A DNA stretch of 64,000 bases from an uncultured Desulfosarcina sp. GTDB lineage: Bacteria > Desulfobacterota > Desulfobacteria > Desulfobacterales > Desulfosarcinaceae. Below, one piece after another: positions 29,262 to 39,534 of this stretch (the first letter of the stretch is position 1; every line of letters starts with the position of its first letter). The stretch covers positions 256,001 to 320,000 of the forward strand of contig CAXXWQ010000001.1 of assembly GCA_963674945.2 (NCBI GenBank). The letters run 5' to 3'. The position numbers and the translations under genes were made by a program. The notes beneath the pieces are model-generated. The model was not told where the DNA came from. It searched no databases and worked only from the letters and a program-made list of their open reading frames with translations.

Positions 29262-30875
29262 TTATTTTCCCACCGAATAGAATTCATTATGAAGTCCCTT
29301 GGTGGCCACCGCAAATCGTCCCGCGATGCACACCGCCGCCATGGCCGCGGTGCCTTGAATCATTTCGGGAAGGGAGATCTGCCGGTTGAAATCACCCAAA
29401 TGGGGTCCGCTGGTGATGAGGATATCTCTTTCTCCACGATGCAATCCCTTGATTTGCCGTTCGTCATATCCCCGCGTCTTCAAAAAAGCGGAAAATTCTT
29501 CGTCGGTTAACGCGTTCTGGTCGGTTCGGCGCAACAATTCTGTCATGTACCGGTCGACGCCCATCTCTTCGATCATGCGATCGGCGAGTCGATTAAGGTC
29601 CACAGGAGGCCTGGGAACGGTTGTTGTTTCCACGAACCCCTCATAGTAGCCGGTAAATATTTCCCGGATCATCTTTTTCAAGGTGTCCCGATCGAAAAGC
29701 CCCCTGGCATCCACGGGATTCCCCTTTTCATCGATTCCCGCGCGGGACCTGTCCCGACATCGGAAGTGACTGCCGGCAACCAGCAGCAGACTGAAAAAAT
29801 GCGTACACACATGGCGGTAGAGGTTACGGCCATGGTCGCATATGGTCGCAAGATGCTCGAAGTCCCGAAGGCCGGAGAGGCCGAAGTTAGGGAAATCACA
29901 CGATTCCAACCATTGATCCAGTCTTCCGGCACGAAACCATTGGTAACGCCCCTGGTCTTCGCGGCGCAATCGTTGGGTGCGGTTGTGAAACAAGGGGATG
30001 GGGGCGTCGTGGATGATCCCTCTGGCGGCAAGCCGTCCCAATAGAAAGGCACTTCTTCTCAGTATCTCCTTGGCAAAGGGTGTCTTCATCAAAGGATCAT
30101 TGGGGTAGACGAAATAGTCCCTGTGGGCCAAGAACCCGATGGCCAATCTTTCCGGGTGCAGTGCACTCTCCATGGGAGGGCGGATCGGAAGACGGGTGAT
30201 GCAAAAAACCATGCGGTTCTGGATTCGTATGGGGGTGGGGATGTCGAACCGGCAATCGACTGTGAAATCGGGCTTTTTGAGCATTTCCATCCATCGGATC
30301 TCGTTGGCCAGGGCAGAGATTGGTTCCGATTGCTTCGCCAGTTTGATGACCAGTACCCGGTTGGATTGCGGTATCGACGCCACCAGGCTTCGCCCCACAT
30401 AACGTGGGTTATCAGCCGAAACGAGCCCATTTGCTTTTATGAGACGCTCCCAGGAGATCGTAGGGTGCGAAGAGATGGGACCGATCGTGAGGCGTGGCCC
30501 CGTGATTCGAACCGGCAGGCTGCCCAGCGCCTCGGCGATGCCCCGATGTGCGCTGCCGTCCGTTTGCCGGAGCAGTTCGACCAACGAGGCAAGTGCTGTG
30601 GCTCCCAATCCGTCGGTCTCCGGGGAGACTGCAAGATCGGTCAGAATCTTCGCCACCTCACGGAAAAGAAAATAGGACTGGCGTGCGTTTTCATGGTCGT
30701 TTGACACCAACAGTCGCGCCGCGGTTTCGACGGTCCGTTCATCCATGACGCCCGGATGCTTTTGTGCCAATCGACGAAGGTCGGCCACGGCGTGGTATGT
30801 CGCGATAAAATCGAAACTGGGATCAAGCAGGGCCGATAGGGCCTGCTTTTTCAGGGTGTGTGCATAAGTGGGCAT
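29262..30875 (-). CDS. SidJ-related pseudokinase
   Basis: Kinase-like N-lobe LVIKL...NEIRWM, then PLFHNR...RREDQGRYQW..AGRLDQW..SCDFPNFGLSGLRDFEH, recognised as the SidJ-homologue signature. Confidence 0.75.
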   Translation of the reverse strand: MPTYAHTLKKQALSALLDPSFDFIATYHAVADLRRLAQKHPGVMDERTVETAARLLVSNDHENARQSYFLFREVAKILTDLAVSPETDGLGATALASLVELLRQTDGSAHRGIAEALGSLPVRITGPRLTIGPISSHPTISWERLIKANGLVSADNPRYVGRSLVASIPQSNRVLVIKLAKQSEPISALANEIRWMEMLKKPDFTVDCRFDIPTPIRIQNRMVFCITRLPIRPPMESALHPERLAIGFLAHRDYFVYPNDPLMKTPFAKEILRRSAFLLGRLAARGIIHDAPIPLFHNRTQRLRREDQGRYQWFRAGRLDQWLESCDFPNFGLSGLRDFEHLATICDHGRNLYRHVCTHFFSLLLVAGSHFRCRDRSRAGIDEKGNPVDARGLFDRDTLKKMIREIFTGYYEGFVETTTVPRPPVDLNRLADRMIEEMGVDRYMTELLRRTDQNALTDEEFSAFLKTRGYDERQIKGLHRGERDILITSGPHLGDFNRQISLPEMIQGTAAMAAVCIAGRFAVATKGLHNEFYSVGK

Positions 30876-30884
30876 ACAATCAAT

Positions 30885-31009
30885 GACGGCTCCGTAAAAA
30901 GTCCGATATCTGCGTTACGCTTCACCCCTCGTCACTGTAACGTATCCAACCATACGCCTCATTCCTCGGGGTTCGCAATCCTTGATCTCGAACTTTTTAC
31001 GAAGCCGTC
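30885..31009. repeat. REP/MITE-like intergenic element (family A)
   Basis: 18-bp terminal inverted repeats GACGGCTCCGTAAAAAGT/ACTTTTTACGAAGCCGTC. Internal sequence is shared with 49872-49961 and 16282-16324. Confidence 0.8.
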
Positions 31010-31078
31010 CAGAAGATGCACTTTTACGAGTTCATCAATCATTGGTTCAAACAGGAGAGACAGCACCGGAAAAGGCAC

Positions 31079-31720
31079 CTACAGCTTCAGAATCTCTCTC
31101 ATTTCCATTAGATGGTCGATATGGTGATCGGCCGCAAGGTCTTTGTTCCGGTATGCCACGAACACAACCCTGGCACCGGCGGCCGCCATTTCATCCACTT
31201 GAGAGTCACCCACGTAGACCATCTGTTCGGGTGAGATGGAAAAGTGTTCGATGATTTTTTCCAGGGCCTCGGGATGCGGTTTGGGAAATTGGACATCCCG
31301 GGCGGTAACCACAAGGTCGAACAGGTGTCCGATTTTGTTGTCGGACAGAACGCGCTCCATGGTATCGGTCCGGTTGGTGGCAACCGCCGTCTTCAGTCTT
31401 GGCCGAAGGGTCTCCAACAGAGGGACCAGTCCCGGCTCCATCTCCATGTATTGCAAAAATGGCAGATAGCCGACCTGCTTGCGGTATTCATGTGCCAGTG
31501 CACGGGTCGTTTCTTCGGGAAAGAGCCGGGTCAGCACCTCATCCACGGTATGCATGTGGGCATAGGACAGTTGATCCGGCGTCATGGCCGGTTTCCCGAA
31601 ATGTTCCAGCAGATGATTGTAATACGCTTTGTTGGCCTTGCGGGACTCGAACATTACGCCGTCACAATCAAGGGCGACGACTTTCATTTTACCGTCCAAG
31701 TTTCCAGCTTTACTACCCAT
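31079..31720 (-). CDS. HAD-superfamily hydrolase (phosphoglycolate phosphatase-like)
   Basis: LDCDGVM, ATN, KPHPE and YVGDS..D. The start overlaps the upstream stop. Confidence 0.9.
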   Translation of the reverse strand: MGSKAGNLDGKMKVVALDCDGVMFESRKANKAYYNHLLEHFGKPAMTPDQLSYAHMHTVDEVLTRLFPEETTRALAHEYRKQVGYLPFLQYMEMEPGLVPLLETLRPRLKTAVATNRTDTMERVLSDNKIGHLFDLVVTARDVQFPKPHPEALEKIIEHFSISPEQMVYVGDSQVDEMAAAGARVVFVAYRNKDLAADHHIDHLMEMREILKL

Positions 31721-32513
31721 TACCGTCGCCTTTTTGGGGCATCCAAGATCCCTGTTGGTTTGCTTTTGGGATGATCTGCCCGTATACCGGAACACGGATG
31801 GTCGGTTTGATTTTGCTGTCCGTGGTCAAAAAGATCGTGTCCGCATAGCGACCGGCCTCGGTCTTTTTATTCTTGATGGTGAGGACATACCCTTCGGCGT
31901 CCCTCCTGGTGAAGGGGGTCAGATCGAATTCGATATCCTTCCCGTTTCTCGCCTTGGCCGAAAGAATCTTGAACGGGTAGTTCTTTTCCAGCGTGATGGT
32001 GATCGTTTTCTCGACTTCGCTTCCCGCCGGACCGACCAGCCGGGCATACTTGTAATCCATTTTTAAAAATTCGATTACCTTGCCGCTGACAGACAGGGCG
32101 ATTTGGCCATTGGTCTTGTCATCGGTGAAAACGTGGATCTGTTTATTCAGCGTTCTGCCACCATAGCCGCTGGTGTTTACCTTGATGGTGATGGTTCCCT
32201 CGCCACCGGCGGGGATCTGCCTCGGGTAGGAGGCGGCCGAGCACCCTCAACCGGTTTTGACGCGGGTGATGGCCAGGGGGCCATCGCCCGTGTTCTTAAT
32301 CGAAAAATCGTGGCTGATCTGGGTGCCGTCCACCACCGGGTCGAAAACGAATTTCGGTTCCGGTATGATTGCCTTGGGTGCTTTGGCGATTTCCTCTATG
32401 GCGGGGGCTTTTGCGGCGATGTGCTCATTTTCCGCCGCCGCTATAATGCCGTACGTGCACCCCAGCAACGCGATCACCGTCGCGATTAGAACAATATAGG
32501 GCCTCATTGTCAT
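31713..32513 (-). CDS. DUF1573-type Ig-fold exported protein with an in-frame UGA (probable selenocysteine) at 32247-32249
   Basis: Track ORFs 32247..32513 and 31713..32060 are in the same frame, with only the TGA between them. Readthrough gives FSIKNTGDGPLAITRVKTG-U-GCSAASYPRQIPAGGEGTITIKVNT, aligning to the DUF1573 V.xSCGCT motif. Confidence 0.85.
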
Positions 32514-32642
32514 TTTCTCCTGTTATCGATTGTGTCGAACTTCGTGGCGCCAGATCGGTGCCCGTCCTTCGACAATGGTCTTACAGACCTTTCATCGGCC
32601 TAACAGACCTATCTCTTAAGGACAGCTTGGGTCTATGTCAAG

Positions 32643-35084
32643 CTACATTAGAAAAAACGGGTCCACGTCGACGGCCACCCTGACCTGCCCACCGGTGGAC
32701 CGGCTTTGTTTTTCTTCAAATACCCGGCGAAAGAAGCCCCGAAGGGTGCCGACATCCGGGCTCATGACCAGAATCTGCCATCGATAGTGGTTGGCAATGC
32801 GTGCCAGTGGTGCTTCGATGGGGCCCATGACCTTGATTCTGTTTCGGTTCGGGGCCATGGCTCCCTTCAGCTCACGGAAGCGCTCGCCCAGTCCATGGGC
32901 ATGCCCTGCGGTCTGCTCGGGATTTTTACCCGAGATGCGAACTGCCACCATGCGGGTAAACGGCGGATATCCCAGCATCCGTCGAAAACCGATCTCTTCT
33001 TTAAAAAAGTCCATGAAATTCTGCTTCTTCGCCGAGAGGATGGAAAAGTGGTTCGGGTTGTAGGTCTGAAGGATCACCTTCCCCGGACGTTTTCCCCGCC
33101 CCGCCCGACCGGCCACCTGCGCCAGAAGCTGGAAGGTCCGCTCTCCGGAACGGAAATCGGGGAAGTTCAAGGTCAGGTCGGCGCAGATGATGCCCACCAG
33201 CGTGATGCCCGAAAAGTCGTGACCCTTGGCCACCATTTGTGTGCCCACGAGGATGTCGATTCGTCTCTGTTTCAGATCCTTTAACAGTTTTACCATCGAT
33301 CCTTTGCGGGCCATGGTGTCCTTGTCCATGCGGGCCACCCGGGCACCGGGAAACAGATTTTCCAGCGCTTCCTGGATTTTTTCGGTCCCCACACCCAACA
33401 ACCTGATTTTGTCGGAACCGCAAGACGGGCAATTGGAAGAGGCGGCCCTTGTAAATCCGCAATAATGACAAAGAAATGCGTTGATCCGCTTGTGCAGGGT
33501 CAAGGAGATGTCACAATTTTTACACCGGATGGGATTGCCGCAGTGGCCACAGACGGGAGATGCTGAAAATCCCCTTCGATTCAGAAATATCAGGGCCTGA
33601 TCGCCCTTGGCCAGAGTTTCGCGGATGGCCGTTTTCAAAGGAGGCGTGATGAACCGGTCGATTCCGCGATCATCGCGGCTTTGGGACAGATCAACGGTTT
33701 GTATGGCCGGCAGCGGGTGGCGGTTGATGCGTTGTGTAAGATGTATTGATTTATACTTTCCAACGGTTACATTGTGCCAGGACTGGACCGATGGCGTGGC
33801 CGATCCCAACACCACCAGGGCATCGTGGTGACGGGCCAAGACGACGGCCAGGTCCCGGGCATTATAATGGAGTCCCCCTTCCTGTTTGTAGGAAGGGTCG
33901 TGTTCCTCGTCCACGACGATCAGGCCGAGGTCGTCGAAGGGCGCGAAAATGGAAGATCGAACCCCTACGGCGATGCGTGCTTCCCCTTTTGCGATGCGTT
34001 GCCATTGATCGTATCGCTCTCCTTTGGAAAGGCCGCTGTGGAGAACGGCCACCGTTTCTCCGAACCGGGCACGGAAGCGACGTTCGGTCTGGGAAATGAG
34101 GGCGATTTCCGGCACCAATACCAACACCCGCAGGTCTTTGTTCATGGCTGTTTCTGCAAGTCGCAGATAAACCTCTGTTTTCCCGCTGCCGGTAACCCCG
34201 GCCAAAAGGACCGTTTCAAACCCTTTTCCCAAAAGATGCGCCATGGTGTCAACGGCAACGCACTGCTCATCGGTGAGCGTCGGCGGCGTGTCCGGCGCGA
34301 TGGGGTCACCGAAGGGATCGCGGCAAACGATTGTTTCATGGACGGTAACCTGGCCGGCCTTTTCCATGGCACGAACCAGTGCCGGGGCCGTATGGATGTT
34401 TTCCGACAGGGAGGCAACACTGAGATCGCCCTCGGTCTTCAGTCGATCCAGGATGGTCTGGCGTTTCGCACTGAGGCGGCCGATGATGGGTTCGTCGGTG
34501 CGGGCCGATACCATTTTTACGGTCTTCGGTCGGATCTGACGTTCCCTGATCCGTCTCTCCATCCGTATCCAGCCTTTTTTTTGCATTCGATGCAAGAGCA
34601 CCCGTGAAACGGGTTGGCCCATGGCCTTTTTCAACTGCCCGATGGAGGAGGGCGTCCTGACAAGGGCGTCGAGAACGCGCTTTTCAATGGGCGACGGTCC
34701 TTGGGAACCAAGCGCCGTCGTACCACCGTCGTCGATACGGACAACGGCCATATCAGTCAGATTCAAGCCGGCCGGAAGGGCGGTGTGAATCACCATTCCC
34801 AAGGGATGCATATAGTAGTCGGCGATCCATCGGAAAAAGGGGATCATTGCCGCCGGAAAGATGGGGGTATCGTCCAATACGTCCAGGATGTGTCGGAGCT
34901 GTGGAAGATCCGTTTGATCTCCCGGTCCCAACAGGTATCCGGTGACGGTCCGTTTTCCGAACGGAACCAATACCCTTTTCCCTGCGATGGCCTGGTGTAC
35001 CAGGTGGTCCGGAACGCTGTAACAATAGGTTTCGTGAAGGGGAAGGGCCACCGCAATAGTTACGATCTGTTCCTTACAACCCAT
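32643..35084 (-). CDS. priA: Primosomal protein N' (replication restart helicase); start uncertain
   Basis: GVTGSGKTEVY, LVPEIAL, DEEHD.SYKQ, GSATPS, four CxxC Zn motifs and QVAGRAGR. Confidence 0.96.
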   Translation of the reverse strand: MGCKEQIVTIAVALPLHETYCYSVPDHLVHQAIAGKRVLVPFGKRTVTGYLLGPGDQTDLPQLRHILDVLDDTPIFPAAMIPFFRWIADYYMHPLGMVIHTALPAGLNLTDMAVVRIDDGGTTALGSQGPSPIEKRVLDALVRTPSSIGQLKKAMGQPVSRVLLHRMQKKGWIRMERRIRERQIRPKTVKMVSARTDEPIIGRLSAKRQTILDRLKTEGDLSVASLSENIHTAPALVRAMEKAGQVTVHETIVCRDPFGDPIAPDTPPTLTDEQCVAVDTMAHLLGKGFETVLLAGVTGSGKTEVYLRLAETAMNKDLRVLVLVPEIALISQTERRFRARFGETVAVLHSGLSKGERYDQWQRIAKGEARIAVGVRSSIFAPFDDLGLIVVDEEHDPSYKQEGGLHYNARDLAVVLARHHDALVVLGSATPSVQSWHNVTVGKYKSIHLTQRINRHPLPAIQTVDLSQSRDDRGIDRFITPPLKTAIRETLAKGDQALIFLNRRGFSASPVCGHCGNPIRCKNCDISLTLHKRINAFLCHYCGFTRAASSNCPSCGSDKIRLLGVGTEKIQEALENLFPGARVARMDKDTMARKGSMVKLLKDLKQRRIDILVGTQMVAKGHDFSGITLVGIICADLTLNFPDFRSGERTFQLLAQVAGRAGRGKRPGKVILQTYNPNHFSILSAKKQNFMDFFKEEIGFRRMLGYPPFTRMVAVRISGKNPEQTAGHAHGLGERFRELKGAMAPNRNRIKVMGPIEAPLARIANHYRWQILVMSPDVGTLRGFFRRVFEEKQSRSTGGQVRVAVDVDPFFLM

Positions 35085-35398
35085 TTTGCCGTAGTTGTCA
35101 TTGGGGACGCCAGCCATTGGATTCCAGATATCGGTGCTTTTGGACCGCTTTTTACTTTTCAATGGGTTGTACACTCAGGTGGAAGGGGTACAGCCGGATG
35201 ATGGCAGCCGAAATAACAATATAATATAGCCCCAGGTGGTTGTGGTTTCAACCCTGCATTTTTGCCTTTCTCCTTCAAATACGGTTACCCTGATTGCGAA
35301 CGGCTGCAATACCTGATACAAAGAAAAGAAGAAACATCCGCTACGGGCGGTTTATATCTGTCGGAAATTATCCATATACAAATCGATGGAGGTGTAAG

Positions 35399-35701
35399 AT
35401 GCGCAGCAATCATTGTAAAGGCCTTTTCATTTTCATGGTCGCCTTTGCGTTTTTGTCGGTTCCTTGCACGAGTGCACTTGCCCAGAGCCTGGAACAGGAC
35501 AGTGATATCATTGCGGGAAAGATGACAGGTGATGCACTGATTCTCAGACCATTGAGCCTCGCAGCAACCGTGGTTGGCAGTGCCGTCTTTATCGTGTCCC
35601 TGCCGTTTTCCGCCTTGGGGAGAAATACCGGTTCCGCATTCGACTTCCTGGTGGCCGACCCGTTTCTGTTTACGTTCAGTCGGCCCCTGGGCGAGTTCTA
35701 A
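35399..35701 (+). CDS. Small exported or membrane hypothetical protein
   Basis: GGAGG RBS, signal peptide, DALILRPLSLAATVVG...FTFSRPLG. Confidence 0.75.
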   Translation: MRSNHCKGLFIFMVAFAFLSVPCTSALAQSLEQDSDIIAGKMTGDALILRPLSLAATVVGSAVFIVSLPFSALGRNTGSAFDFLVADPFLFTFSRPLGEF

Positions 35702-35778
35702 CCGTCCGAATCACTTTTTTCCAAATTATTCGTATTCATGGACCGGTGTGATCCGCCGGCAGCAAGCAGGAGGTCTGC

Positions 35779-36405
35779 GTGCCCGTACATTTAGTGAAAC
35801 ACCCGTTGATCCGGCATAAGCTCGGACTCATGCGCATGCACGATGTGTCCATCAAACAGTTCAGAGAGCTTGCCAACGAACTGGCCACGCTGCTCACCTA
35901 TGAGGCGACCAAAGATCTGGAAACGGAAACCATAACCATCCAGGGCTGGGCGGGAGATGTGGTCGTCGAAAACATCAAGGGAAAGAAGATTACCGTGGTG
36001 CCGATATTGCGTGCCGGTCTCGGGATGATGGACGGCGTGTTGAATCTCATCCCCTCCGCCCGGGTAAGTGTCGTGGGGCTGTACCGCAACGAAGAGACCC
36101 TGGAGCCGGTGCGATATTACGTGAAGATGACCAGCAATATCAAAGAGCGGATTGCCTTGATACTGGATCCCATGCTGGCAACGGGCGGAACCCTGGTCGC
36201 CACCATCGATCTGCTCAAGGAAGCCGGTTGCCGGCAGATCCGGGGCCTGTTTCTCGTTGCCGCACCCGAAGGACTGGAACGTTTGAAAAAGGCCCATCCG
36301 GACGTGGATGTGTACGTCGCGGCAATCGATGAAAAACTAAACGATATCGGATACATTATTCCGGGGCTGGGCGACGCGGGCGATAAGATCTTCGGTACCA
36401 AGTAA
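35779..36405 (+). CDS. upp: Uracil phosphoribosyltransferase
   Basis: [18 protein letters not shown] and [11 protein letters not shown]. Confidence 0.96.
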   Translation: MPVHLVKHPLIRHKLGLMRMHDVSIKQFRELANELATLLTYEATKDLETETITIQGWAGDVVVENIKGKKITVVPILRAGLGMMDGVLNLIPSARVSVVGLYRNEETLEPVRYYVKMTSNIKERIALILDPMLATGGTLVATIDLLKEAGCRQIRGLFLVAAPEGLERLKKAHPDVDVYVAAIDEKLNDIGYIIPGLGDAGDKIFGTK

Positions 36406-36513
36406 ATCTTTTCTCTCTGGACGCGAAGTCAACATCGATGGTGAATTCGTTGGCAAAAATCCAAGTCACCCGCCATGCGGGTGGCGTTGACTCGGAAACG
36501 ACATGATTTTTAC

Positions 36514-37746
36514 ATGAAACGCGCCGTCATCGTCGTGGGCCGTGTATTTTTCCCCTTTGCCGCCGGCTATTTTCTCTCCTATCTCTATCGCGTGGTCAAC
36601 GCCGTCATCGCAACGGACCTGGTTGCTGACCTTGGAATCGGTCCGTCCTCCCTGGGGCTCTTGACATCCACCTATTTCATCGCTTTCGCTTCGTTTCAGT
36701 TGCCGCTCGGTGTGTTGCTCGATCGATTTGGCCCCCGGAAGGTGGAGGGAATTCTGCTCCTTTTTGCGGCGGCGGGTGCCTTTGTTTTCTCCCGTTCAGA
36801 CTCACTGGCAGGGTTGGTGGTTGGAAGGGCCCTCATCGGATTTGGCGTTTCGTCATGCCTGATGGCCGCTTTTAAGGCGTATACGCTTTGGTTTGCCATG
36901 GAGAGATGGCCCCTGGTCAACGGATTTCAGATGGCTGCCGGCGGCCTGGGGGCACTTGCCGCTACCGCCCCGGTACAGACGGCTCTTACTGTGACCGACT
37001 GGCGCGGTGTATTTCTGGTGCTGGCCATTTTTACCGTCGTGGTCGCCGTGATCGTCGTTCTCGCAGTGCCCGAAAAATCCACCGCAGATTCATACGAGCG
37101 CCTGAGGGACCAGGTACGGGGTGTGAAGACGGTTTTTACCAGTATGGCGTTCTGGCGGACGGCGCCGCTGACCACCATGTCCCAGGCATCTTTTCTCTCC
37201 ATTCAGGGATTGTGGGCCGGTCCATGGCTCAAGGATGTGGCGGGTTTGAGTCGTGAGGCGATGGCCGGCGTCCTTTTCTGGGTTGCCGTGGCCATGATCG
37301 TGGGGTTTATCTCCCTGGGGTTTCTGGCAGGCCGCCTCAGCCGTCTGGGGTTGGGTGTGCTGACAACGGCTGTTACGGGAATGGGGGCCTTCATGGGGAT
37401 TCAATTTTTGATCGTGGTTGCACCTGCAGCCTGGAATCGATTTCTGTGGATACTCTTCGGTTTTTTCGGCACATCCGGAATCATTGCGTATGCCGCCATG
37501 TCTCAACGGTTCCCGCGCCGTCTGTCCGGGCGTGTGACCACGGCCATCAACCTGCTGGTGTTTTTGGCGGCCTTTGCCGGTCAGTGGGCCATCGGTGCCA
37601 TCATCGGATGTTGGCCCGTGGGCGTTGATGGAGGCTATTCCCAATCGGGTTACCAGGCGGGTTTTCTATCCATGTTAGTGCTTCAGGTGGTCGCGTTGAT
37701 CTGGTTTTTCGTGGCCGGTCGAATGATGGCCCGGAAGAAATCATGA
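36514..37746 (+). CDS. MFS transporter
   Basis: About 12 TM segments; motif A GVLLDRFGPRKV. Confidence 0.9.
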   Translation: MKRAVIVVGRVFFPFAAGYFLSYLYRVVNAVIATDLVADLGIGPSSLGLLTSTYFIAFASFQLPLGVLLDRFGPRKVEGILLLFAAAGAFVFSRSDSLAGLVVGRALIGFGVSSCLMAAFKAYTLWFAMERWPLVNGFQMAAGGLGALAATAPVQTALTVTDWRGVFLVLAIFTVVVAVIVVLAVPEKSTADSYERLRDQVRGVKTVFTSMAFWRTAPLTTMSQASFLSIQGLWAGPWLKDVAGLSREAMAGVLFWVAVAMIVGFISLGFLAGRLSRLGLGVLTTAVTGMGAFMGIQFLIVVAPAAWNRFLWILFGFFGTSGIIAYAAMSQRFPRRLSGRVTTAINLLVFLAAFAGQWAIGAIIGCWPVGVDGGYSQSGYQAGFLSMLVLQVVALIWFFVAGRMMARKKS

Positions 37747-37769
37747 AATAAACGAGATAGGCGAGGTGC

Positions 37770-38342
37770 ATGAAGATCTATACAAAGACAGGAGATGGGG
37801 GGAAAACCAGTCTGTTTAGCGGAGAGCGGGTATCCAAGACGAGTATGCGCATCGAAGCTTACGGCGATCTGGATGAACTGAATTCGATCATCGGCGCGGT
37901 TACCGCGGCCATGGGGAAACACGAAAGTGAGCAAAAGGCTGTACTTCAACAGATCCAGGGGCTCTTGCTGAATATCGGGGCATGGCTGGCCACCACGCCC
38001 GGGGCCGATTCCGTCCGGTTTTTGACGTCATTTCCCGAAGATTCGATTCAACTGTTGGAATCAAAGATCGACCAAATGAACGAACTCCTTGTCCCCCTAC
38101 GGCAGTTCGTGCTGCCCGGCGGTCACCCTTCCGCCGCGCTGGCACACGTGGCCCGAACGGTCTGCCGCAGGACCGAGCGACGCGTCATCGCGATGGTGGA
38201 GAGGGAAGACGGGCCGGAGGATACTTCCGAAACCATGAAAGAGATCCTGATTTTTTTGAATCGTCTCTCCGATTACTTCTTCGTGTTGGCCCGCTATTGC
38301 AATCATCTCACGAAAACCCTGGAAGTTACGTGGAACGGGTAG
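37770..38342 (+). CDS. PduO-type ATP:cob(I)alamin adenosyltransferase
   Basis: KIYTKTGDGG, YGDLDELNS, FVLPGG, ARTVCRRTER and NRLSDYFF. Confidence 0.93.
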   Translation: MKIYTKTGDGGKTSLFSGERVSKTSMRIEAYGDLDELNSIIGAVTAAMGKHESEQKAVLQQIQGLLLNIGAWLATTPGADSVRFLTSFPEDSIQLLESKIDQMNELLVPLRQFVLPGGHPSAALAHVARTVCRRTERRVIAMVEREDGPEDTSETMKEILIFLNRLSDYFFVLARYCNHLTKTLEVTWNG

Positions 38343-39004
38343 GGGAAAAGAACGCCCACCTATTGGAAATGGTGGCCAGAAATATTCTTGCTCTGGGTAT
38401 TTGCGAGGTCCGATTCCGCCGTCCCCCGCAATTGACCTTCGTTCCCGGTCAGTTCATGGAGTTCGTTGTCGGAGATATTACGCGGGACTACACCATGGTT
38501 TCTGCGCCGCAAGACCCGACCCTGGATTTTTGCATCGGCATCGTGCCCGGTGGAAGGTTTTCCGAGACGATCCAACGCGCAATAATCGGTTCCCGTTTTC
38601 AATTGTTCGGACCAAGCGGCCATTTCATTTTTCATCGGGCCAAGAATCCAGCCGTTTTCGTCGCAACGGGAACCGGGGTGGCGCCCTTCGTGGCCTTCTG
38701 CCGCAGCGGAGTGAAAGAGGCCCTCCTGCTTCACGGAGCGGGCAGCCCGGACCGGCTGGTTTACGGGGAGACGCTGCGCTCCGGCGTTTCGCGGTATGTG
38801 CCTTGTATCAGTCGTCTTTCGGAGAAGGAACGGGAAACCATCGATTGTCATCCCGGGCGGGTAACCGACTTTTTGGAAAAGGAACTACCGGTCGGCGCTT
38901 ATGACTTTTATCTTTGCGGCCGACGCGACATGATCCGGGACGCAACGGCCATCATCGACCGGCGGTTCGACGGGTCAAGGCTGTTTGTCGAGCCATACGA
39001 TTAG
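38330..39004 (+). CDS. FAD/NAD(P)-binding oxidoreductase (ferredoxin reductase-like)
   Basis: FVPGQF, RDYT, GPSGHF, ATGTGVAPF and YLCG. A GTG start overlapping the pduO stop is inferred. Confidence 0.85.
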   Translation: MERVGEKNAHLLEMVARNILALGICEVRFRRPPQLTFVPGQFMEFVVGDITRDYTMVSAPQDPTLDFCIGIVPGGRFSETIQRAIIGSRFQLFGPSGHFIFHRAKNPAVFVATGTGVAPFVAFCRSGVKEALLLHGAGSPDRLVYGETLRSGVSRYVPCISRLSEKERETIDCHPGRVTDFLEKELPVGAYDFYLCGRRDMIRDATAIIDRRFDGSRLFVEPYD

Positions 39005-39011
39005 GTAGTGT

Positions 39012-39200
39012 CTAAACCGGTTGGAACACCATCTTCTTCTGACTATTATTATAGAGAACCATCCTGGCCTTGAGGATGCGTTCCTCTCCGAAGATATTGA
39101 CCATCCGCATGCCGTCGGCCGTCTCTTCGATGACATCCACATTTTCCAACACTTTCTCTTCCACTTGATTATTGAGAATAAATACATTGACGTCACACAT
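39012..39200 (-). CDS. cooT: CooT-family nickel-binding protein
   Basis: MC at the N-terminus (MCDVNVF), VLENVD...NIFGEERIL, about 62 aa. Confidence 0.8.
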   Translation of the reverse strand: MCDVNVFILNNQVEEKVLENVDVIEETADGMRMVNIFGEERILKARMVLYNNSQKKMVFQPV

Positions 39201-39534
39201 GGTCATGCTCCCTTCGATGGTTGTTGAATCGCCTTTTCGTTCATCTTGACGGCACCGGATTGACAGACGATATGCAAAGGATTGATTTTTGATCTGCCAT
39301 TTTGAATAATCCAGGCACCGAATGCAATACCTGAATCGGCTGTCGCGATTTTTTTTGCCATGCAGCTACAAAACCGGCGCATCATTGATTCAGGCCTTTG
39401 ACTGGGAGCGATCATGATTGAAAAACACTTGACCCCCATGAAAATTGCAGGCACATTTCTGAAAATGTGAACATCTCCGGTGCGGGGGAGTCACTTTGAA
39501 ACGTGGAACATGCAAAGAGAAAATCGAAGAAAAG

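Noticed and set aside
37982..38329. Long N-terminal extension of the FNR-like ORF
   Set aside because: It overlaps pduO out of frame and reads as random sequence. The recognisable domain begins at about 38330.
39345..39361. Sigma54 promoter for cooT (minus strand TGGCAAAAAAAATCGC)
   Set aside because: The GG-to-GC offset is 13 rather than the required 12.
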